DNA of 43,216 nucleotides, taken from positions 1-43,216 of the forward strand of contig JBKOZJ010000085.1 of the NCBI GenBank assembly GCA_046725875.1. Reading direction: 5' to 3'. Below the pieces are notes generated by a model that was not told the DNA's origin, searched no databases, and was given only the letters and a program-made list of their open reading frames with translations. The DNA comes from Actinomycetota bacterium. Lineage in GTDB: Bacteria > Actinomycetota > Actinomycetes > JAKEEW01. Position numbers and translations under genes: made by a program. This document shows positions 38,004 to 43,216 of the stretch, in pieces (the stretch's first letter is position 1; every line of letters starts with the position of its first letter).

Positions 38004-38139
38004 CCGTCCGTAACCGTCTTGGTCCCGGCACGGTATCCACAGATCGGCTGAGGTACTTGCCAGGGCTGCCCTAACCTGTGTGGACTACCGCCCAAACAGC
38101 CTCGTCAGGAGGCGGGCGCGAAGGAGTGGAGGTTCGTCC

Positions 38140-38580
38140 GTGAGCGCAACCGCGGGTCCCGCGGATGTGGAGCATAGCCTGGCCGGGCGGCTTGGCCTGG
38201 CCGCTGGCCAGCTCGTTCAAGAGATCGGTTACGACGACGACTCAGACGATGCGCTGCGCGAGTCGGTCGAGGCCGTGACCGGTAACGACCTCGTCGACGA
38301 GGACTACGACGACGTCGTCGATGCGGTACTCCTCTGGTGGCGGGAGGACGATGGTGACCTGGTTGACGCTCTCGTCGACGCGCTCACGTCGCTTACGGAC
38401 GGCGGCGTGATCTGGTTGCTCACGCCGAAAGCCGGACGTACCGGGCACGTGGAAGCCAGCGATATCGGCGAGGCGGCACCGACGGCCGGCCTCGCACAGA
38501 CCACGACTGTCAGCGCCCCATCGGACTGGATCGCCACCCGGCTGGTGACCCCGAGGTCAGCACGCGGCAGCAGACGCTGA
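38140..38580 (+). CDS. DUF3052 domain protein
   Basis: VQEIGYDDD, DAVLLWWR.DDGDLVDAL, IWLLTPK.GR. Confidence 0.92.
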   Translation: MSATAGPADVEHSLAGRLGLAAGQLVQEIGYDDDSDDALRESVEAVTGNDLVDEDYDDVVDAVLLWWREDDGDLVDALVDALTSLTDGGVIWLLTPKAGRTGHVEASDIGEAAPTAGLAQTTTVSAPSDWIATRLVTPRSARGSRR

Positions 38581-38633
38581 TCTGCACGGGACCGATCCGG
38601 CCGCGGGTTCGGTTTACCTCGAGGAGGACCTCA

Positions 38634-39113
38634 GTGACCACGATCGACGTTGGGACCGAGGCGCCCGACTTCCAGCTGCCCGACCAGCACGGACAGCAGG
38701 TGCGGCTGGCTGACTTTCGCGGCTCCAAGAACGTTGTCCTTGTGTTCTTCCCGTACGCATTCACCAACGTCTGCACGGGTGAGATGTGCGCTCTACGGGA
38801 CGATCTCCCCTCTTTCCAGAACGACGACGTGCAGGTCATCGCCGTTTCCTGCGACACGATGTTCACCCAGCGGGTGTACGCCGAGCGGGAACGCCTGCAG
38901 TTCCCCGTCCTCTCCGACTTCTGGCCTCATGGCGCGGTGGCCGCGCGCTACGGCGTCTTCGATGCGGCGCGCGGATGTGCGCTGCGGGGTACGTTCATCA
39001 TCGACAAAAACGGAATCTTGCGCTGGACGGTTGTCCATGCTGTTCCGGACGCGCGCGACCAGGCCGAGTATCTCAAGGTCCTGGCCGAGCTGCAGGCAAC
39101 TGGAGGCGCTTAG
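38634..39113 (+). CDS. ahpE: Peroxiredoxin, AhpE type
   Basis: FFPYAFTNVCTGE (PxxxTxxC), LSDFWPHG, RGTF. Confidence 0.9.
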   Translation: MTTIDVGTEAPDFQLPDQHGQQVRLADFRGSKNVVLVFFPYAFTNVCTGEMCALRDDLPSFQNDDVQVIAVSCDTMFTQRVYAERERLQFPVLSDFWPHGAVAARYGVFDAARGCALRGTFIIDKNGILRWTVVHAVPDARDQAEYLKVLAELQATGGA

Positions 39114-39117
39114 CTCG

Positions 39118-39504
39118 ATGCCCTGCTATCGCTGCGGAGCACGGCAGACTGATCCGGTTCGCGGACCGAGTCCCTGGAAGCGCGCCGTTTATTCCGGGAC
39201 GCAGGTTCTGGTCTGCCCGGACTGCCAGGAGGAAGCGGAGTGGCGGTCCGAAGTCGACCGTTGCGTTAGCTGCCAGTCCGTCCAGCTCGTCCGGATGCTC
39301 GGCGACACAGTGTGCCGGTCCTGCGGGGCAACGATCGAGTCGTCCGGCGGGCCGCTCGTTCCTGAGCCGCGGTCGGCGTCGCCGGAAGGACGGTCGTCGC
39401 CCAGCATGGCTGCCGCTGACGCCGGCCGACCGCCGGGTCTCGCTGACGAGGTCGCCGCGGCCCTTGATCGCCTCTTCCAACGCCACGGCTCATCCGCGGG
39501 TTAG
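39118..39504 (+). CDS. Hypothetical protein with four CxxC pairs
   Basis: CYRC, CPDC, CVSC, CRSC; starts 4 nt after ahpE stop. Confidence 0.75.
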   Translation: MPCYRCGARQTDPVRGPSPWKRAVYSGTQVLVCPDCQEEAEWRSEVDRCVSCQSVQLVRMLGDTVCRSCGATIESSGGPLVPEPRSASPEGRSSPSMAAADAGRPPGLADEVAAALDRLFQRHGSSAG

Positions 39505-39947
39505 CCGCGTTCCGTCCGTTTGGTCCTCGGCCGGGTCGTTCGTTCGCTGGAGCCCGGCTGCCCTTGCCGAGTGGCGTAAGTGGCCGGACCGGCGACTGGC
39601 CTTTGACCAGGAGCAGGAATCGCTGTAGCGGCGTTGGCTCGGCGTCGATCAGGTGTGGTACTTGGGCGTGAAAATGATCAAATATTTGGATCGAGGATTG
39701 GCGGCGGAGCATAGATATGGGCGTCGATTTGCGCTGCCCGACTGCCACAGTCTGGTCCAAAGCTAGATCATCTTCACGCAGTAGCACCGGAGTTTGATCG
39801 AAACCGGCCTCCAATCGCAGCCGCAATGACAGCGCCTGATCGTCGGCGCCACGGCCGCTGCGCCGCGGCCGCCGCCCCGTATCGAGAACCTCAGCGTTGG
39901 GGGATTGCAGGTACCATCGAGCGGTTCGCGCACTTGCGATGATCATC

Positions 39948-40019
39948 GGGCGTATAGCTCAGCGGTAGAGCACCTCCCTTACAAGGAGGGGGTCGCTGGT
40001 TCGATCCCAGCTGCGCCCA
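39948..40019 (+). tRNA. tRNA-Val (TAC), CCA not encoded
   Basis: Acceptor GGGCGTA/TGCGCCC, D arm AGCTCAGCGGTAGAGC, anticodon stem CCTCC/GGAGG with loop CTTACAA, T loop GGTTCGATCC. Confidence 0.97.
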
Positions 40020-40029
40020 CCGAGGACCC

Positions 40030-40400
40030 TCCGGCCGTAGAGCCTTGCCAACCGCGTGGAATGCCCAACTCAGTCGAGCGCCTAGGCCAGATGTGCAGGG
40101 ACGCGTAAATGACCAAGGCAACAAGCCAACCAAGATAGAGAGCAAACACCCATTTGCTGCCGCTGACTCCCGTGGCCACCGCGATGACCCAAAGGACGGC
40201 GGGGCCGATCCAGCGCGCTCGCACTGCCCGCCGTGGATGGCAGGCGGCGGTTCCCCAAATGTGGCGGGCTGCTGATGCCAGGCCTCCGCTGGCGGCGGAA
40301 CCCGACGCGCCATCCGATGGAGGACCAGCGGGAAGAGCACCGCGATGAGCAGCAGCACGGCAACGACTGCCACGATGCTCACGCCGGTCCCTACCCGCAC
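40030..40400 (-). pseudogene. Probable membrane protein remnant with frameshift
   Basis: Hydrophobic helices VSIVAVVAVLLLIAVLF and WIGPAVLWVIAV...WVFALYLGWLVALVIY in different frames; both ORFs run into the tRNA; boundaries approximate. Confidence 0.35.
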
Positions 40401-40561
40401 AGCCTCTTCGCCACAACCCGTCAGTCATGAACTGACCCGCCTTGCGATCAAACACACCCGACCACCAGAGGTGGCAAGGGAGGGGCCGGGGGGTCCGGGG
40501 CAAACCCCCAGTCAAAGACTTGTGCCCGGCGCGCCTGCGCAGGCGTCCGAGGTCCGGTGAC

Positions 40562-41044
40562 TCAGAGCAGCCGGTAATAGACGGCGACCGGGAGCGCGCT
40601 GCACCCGAGCCCCTCGTAGAGGGCTCTGGCGGGTGCATGGAAGTGATCACCTCCAGTGCCAATCACCACCACCTCGGCGCCGAGCGTTCGCATCTTCTCG
40701 AAGGCATGTTCGCATAGCGCGGTTCCCAATCGCCTTCGGCGGTGTTCGGCCGCGACCGCAAGGAGCGTAATGCTTCCATTCCTGCGGGCAGGATCGACGG
40801 TCCAGGCGACGTAGCCGGCGATCGCACCGTCAGTCTCCGCGACCGCAACGTACTTGTGCTGACCCGGGTCATGTAGCTCGGGCACCTGCTCGCGGTAGTC
40901 GTCGCGCCAGTTGCCGTGCTGGTTGGCGAAGACAATCTCGCCCATCAAGCGACGAAACGAATCCTCGTAAAAAGCCCGGAACGTCTCGATGGTCAGCTCG
41001 ATAAGCCGGGCCAAGTCGCGCTGAACGAACGGACGAATGAGCAC
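40562..41044 (-). CDS. GNAT family N-acetyltransferase
   Basis: LAV..EHRRRRLGTAL motif A; HAPARALYE.LG. Confidence 0.9.
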   Translation of the reverse strand: MLIRPFVQRDLARLIELTIETFRAFYEDSFRRLMGEIVFANQHGNWRDDYREQVPELHDPGQHKYVAVAETDGAIAGYVAWTVDPARRNGSITLLAVAAEHRRRRLGTALCEHAFEKMRTLGAEVVVIGTGGDHFHAPARALYEGLGCSALPVAVYYRLL

Positions 41045-41401
41045 GGAAGTACGCCCCTCGGACTGATGTTGATGACGGACGGAAAGGTCACCAATTGATC
41101 CGCTCGCAGCCTTGGGCCCAGCGAGTCGGCCGTCAGCAACGAGTACGCCAAGCGGCGAAGCACTCCACGGCGGCGAGTCTACTTTGCGGTTGCTCTTCGC
41201 CGGACTCTGACTTTGTCGTCAAGCGCGGCTTGGATGAATGGGTAGCGTCAGCTGTTTGGGTGCGATAGATCATGGCGGCGCGGGCTTGTAGGTCGCGCCC
41301 TCTGCATGGCCGGGGCCGTTGTAGGGCCAGCCTCGCTGGTTTCCGCTCAACGAAGGGGGCAGGATCGCCGGGAGTGATAGCGACGACGAAAGAGTGACGC
41401 C

Positions 41402-42811
41402 ATGGCCATCGCGACCGTGAACCCGGCCACGGGTGAGACGTTGAAGACCTTTGACCCGTACTCGGATGCGGAGGTGGACGAGCGCATTGCCCGCGCTGAC
41501 GCCGCGCATCGGGTCCTGCGCGCCGCCACCTTCGATCAGCGCGCCGGCTGGATGCGACGCGCGGCCGACGAGCTGGAGGCGGAGCAGGACGAGACGGCCC
41601 GCCTGATGACGATCGAAATGGGTAAGACCCGGGCGGCGGCGGCGGCCGAGGTGGCGAAGTGTGCCAGGGCTTGCCGGTTCTACGCCGATCACGCCGCGGA
41701 GTTTCTCGCCGACCAGCCAGTCGACCCAGCGTCGGTGTCCGCCAGCCGCGCGTACACCCGCTGGCAACCGCTCGGTCCCGTGCTCGCGATCATGCCCTGG
41801 AACTTTCCGCTTTGGCAGGTCATTAGGTTCGCGGCGCCGGCGTTGATGGCCGGCAACACAGGGCTGCTCAAGCACGCCTCGAACGTGCCGCAGACCGCCC
41901 TGTATCTCGAGGACGTGTTCCGGCGAGCCGGCTTCCCAGACGGCGCCTTCCAGACCTTGCTCGTCGGTGCGGAGAAGGTGGAGCGGATCCTCACCGACCC
42001 TCGGGTGGTGGCCGCGACGCTCACTGGCAGCGAGCCGGCCGGCCGGTCCGTCGCCGAGATCGCCGGGCGGCAGATCAAGAAGACCGTGCTCGAGCTGGGT
42101 GGCTCGGACCCGTTCGTGGTGATGCCCTCGGCCGACCTGCCCAAGGCCGCCGAGGTCGCCACCGTCGCGCGCACCCAGAACAACGGGCAAAGCTGCATCG
42201 CGGCCAAGCGGTTCATCGTGCACGCCGACGTGTACGACACGTTCGCCGGGCTGTTCGTCGAGCGAATGTCCGGGCTAACGGTCGGCGATCCGATGGCCGA
42301 CGACACCGACATCGGGCCGCTGTCGACCGAACGCGGCCGCACCGACGTCGAGGAACTGGTCGCCGACGCGGTCGACAAGGGCGCAAAGGTGCTCTGCGGC
42401 GGCCAGCGGCCGGACGGCCCCGGCTGGTACTACCCGCCGACCGTGGTGGCCGAGATCAGTCCAGAGATGCGGATTTACTCCGAGGAGGTCTTCGGCCCGG
42501 TGGCCGGGCTGTACCGGGTCGCCTCCTTGGATGAGGCGATCGAGTTGGCGAACGCAACTAAGTTCGGCCTCGGTGCCAACGCCTGGACCAATGACGAGAC
42601 CGAGCGGAATCGATTTGTCGACGGATTGGCCGCGGGCTCGGTTTTCATCAACGGCATGGTCACGTCATACCCTGAGCTTCCGTTCGGCGGCGTCAAGCAC
42701 AGCGGCTACGGCCGGGAGCTGTCGGCCCTCGGCGTTCGGGAGTTCTGCAACGCCAAGACGGTCTGGGTGGCGGATGCTCCGCAGGCCGGCGGGGCGACGG
42801 TCGTCGAGTAG
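41402..42811 (+). CDS. gabD: NAD(P)-dependent succinate-semialdehyde dehydrogenase
   Basis: IMPWNFPLWQ, LKHASNVP, TGSE, LELGGSDPF, NNGQSCIAAKR, EEVFGP, PFGGVK.SGYGREL. Confidence 0.9.
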   Translation: MAIATVNPATGETLKTFDPYSDAEVDERIARADAAHRVLRAATFDQRAGWMRRAADELEAEQDETARLMTIEMGKTRAAAAAEVAKCARACRFYADHAAEFLADQPVDPASVSASRAYTRWQPLGPVLAIMPWNFPLWQVIRFAAPALMAGNTGLLKHASNVPQTALYLEDVFRRAGFPDGAFQTLLVGAEKVERILTDPRVVAATLTGSEPAGRSVAEIAGRQIKKTVLELGGSDPFVVMPSADLPKAAEVATVARTQNNGQSCIAAKRFIVHADVYDTFAGLFVERMSGLTVGDPMADDTDIGPLSTERGRTDVEELVADAVDKGAKVLCGGQRPDGPGWYYPPTVVAEISPEMRIYSEEVFGPVAGLYRVASLDEAIELANATKFGLGANAWTNDETERNRFVDGLAAGSVFINGMVTSYPELPFGGVKHSGYGRELSALGVREFCNAKTVWVADAPQAGGATVVE

Positions 42812-42841
42812 CGGGCCCGCCGGCGGTGTTACCGTCGCGGC

Positions 42842-43216
42842 ATGCGGGCCGCACATATCGCCGAGCTGAAGGCGACGCCGCGGGTCGTCGAGGTCAACCC
42901 CGTGGCGGGCCTGCCGATCTTGGCTGTCGCCTTAAATGCGCTCGACCTGAACGTCGCGAACGGCGTGTTCTACGGAGGCCACCCGCCGTTCCCGTACGTC
43001 CCGGGCTGCGAGGCGGTCGCGCGGACCGACGTCGGTGGGCTGGTATACCTATCCGGCGAGGGTCATGGCATGGCCCGCGACGGCTTCATGGCCGAGCGCG
43101 TCCATGTCTCCGAGACGGTGCAGCTGCCACTGCCCGAGGGCGTCGACCCCGCTCTCGCCGCGGCCGCCGGCATCGCCGGAGTCGCCGGGTGGGTGCCGGT
43201 CGCGTGGAAGGCGAAG
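42842..43216 (+). CDS. MDR-family (quinone) oxidoreductase, truncated by window end
   Basis: MRAAHI...ALNALDL.VANG.FYG..PPFPYVPGCEAV...DG.MAER....LPEGVDP.LAAA; open to the end. Confidence 0.8.
   Translation, partial: MRAAHIAELKATPRVVEVNPVAGLPILAVALNALDLNVANGVFYGGHPPFPYVPGCEAVARTDVGGLVYLSGEGHGMARDGFMAERVHVSETVQLPLPEGVDPALAAAAGIAGVAGWVPVAWKAK

Noticed and set aside
39266..39946. 226-aa minus-strand ORF over a lower-GC patch upstream of the tRNA
   Set aside because: Overlaps the CxxC gene and the tRNA upstream region, with no recognisable motif
1..43216. Numerous long Arg/Pro/Ala-rich overlapping ORFs in the six-frame track (e.g. 3880-5124, 34849-36018, 36062-37324)
   Set aside because: Shadow or off-frame ORFs expected at high GC; they overlap well-supported genes and carry no motifs
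1..43216. CRISPR array, intact IS, integrase or prophage
   Set aside because: No regularly spaced repeats or recognisable transposase, integrase or phage proteins seen by eye

Overview
High-GC actinobacterial chromosome segment in two parts. The right part (~23-40 kb) is a conserved core block: DUF3145 / accD-fabF-acpP-fabH-fabD-fasR / aceE / DUF1918-yjbQ-DUF3052-ahpE / tRNA-Val(TAC), with a small accessory insert between fasR and aceE. The left part (~1-22 kb) is a mosaic accessory region: decayed gene remnants (DarB-like helicase, APH(6)-like kinase stub), nitrilase-family hydrolase, ROK/HAD pair, amidase, PD40 lipoprotein, a translationally coupled microprotein-ECF sigma cassette, a PhoX-like protein, two TetR regulators flanking a TnrB-like ABC exporter, RidA, a methyltransferase, a LuxR-ATPase and a PIG-L deacetylase. 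I saw no CRISPR array, rRNA, intact transposase or integrase. The best candidates for something undescribed are the five-ORF stop/start-coupled cassette with a degenerate SigR/SigH-like sigma (6853-8441) and FabD carrying a lysine-less biotinyl-like domain in an operon with AccD. Many accessory genes carry small frameshifts that may be real decay or assembly error. All family calls come from motif recognition by eye; no searches were run.
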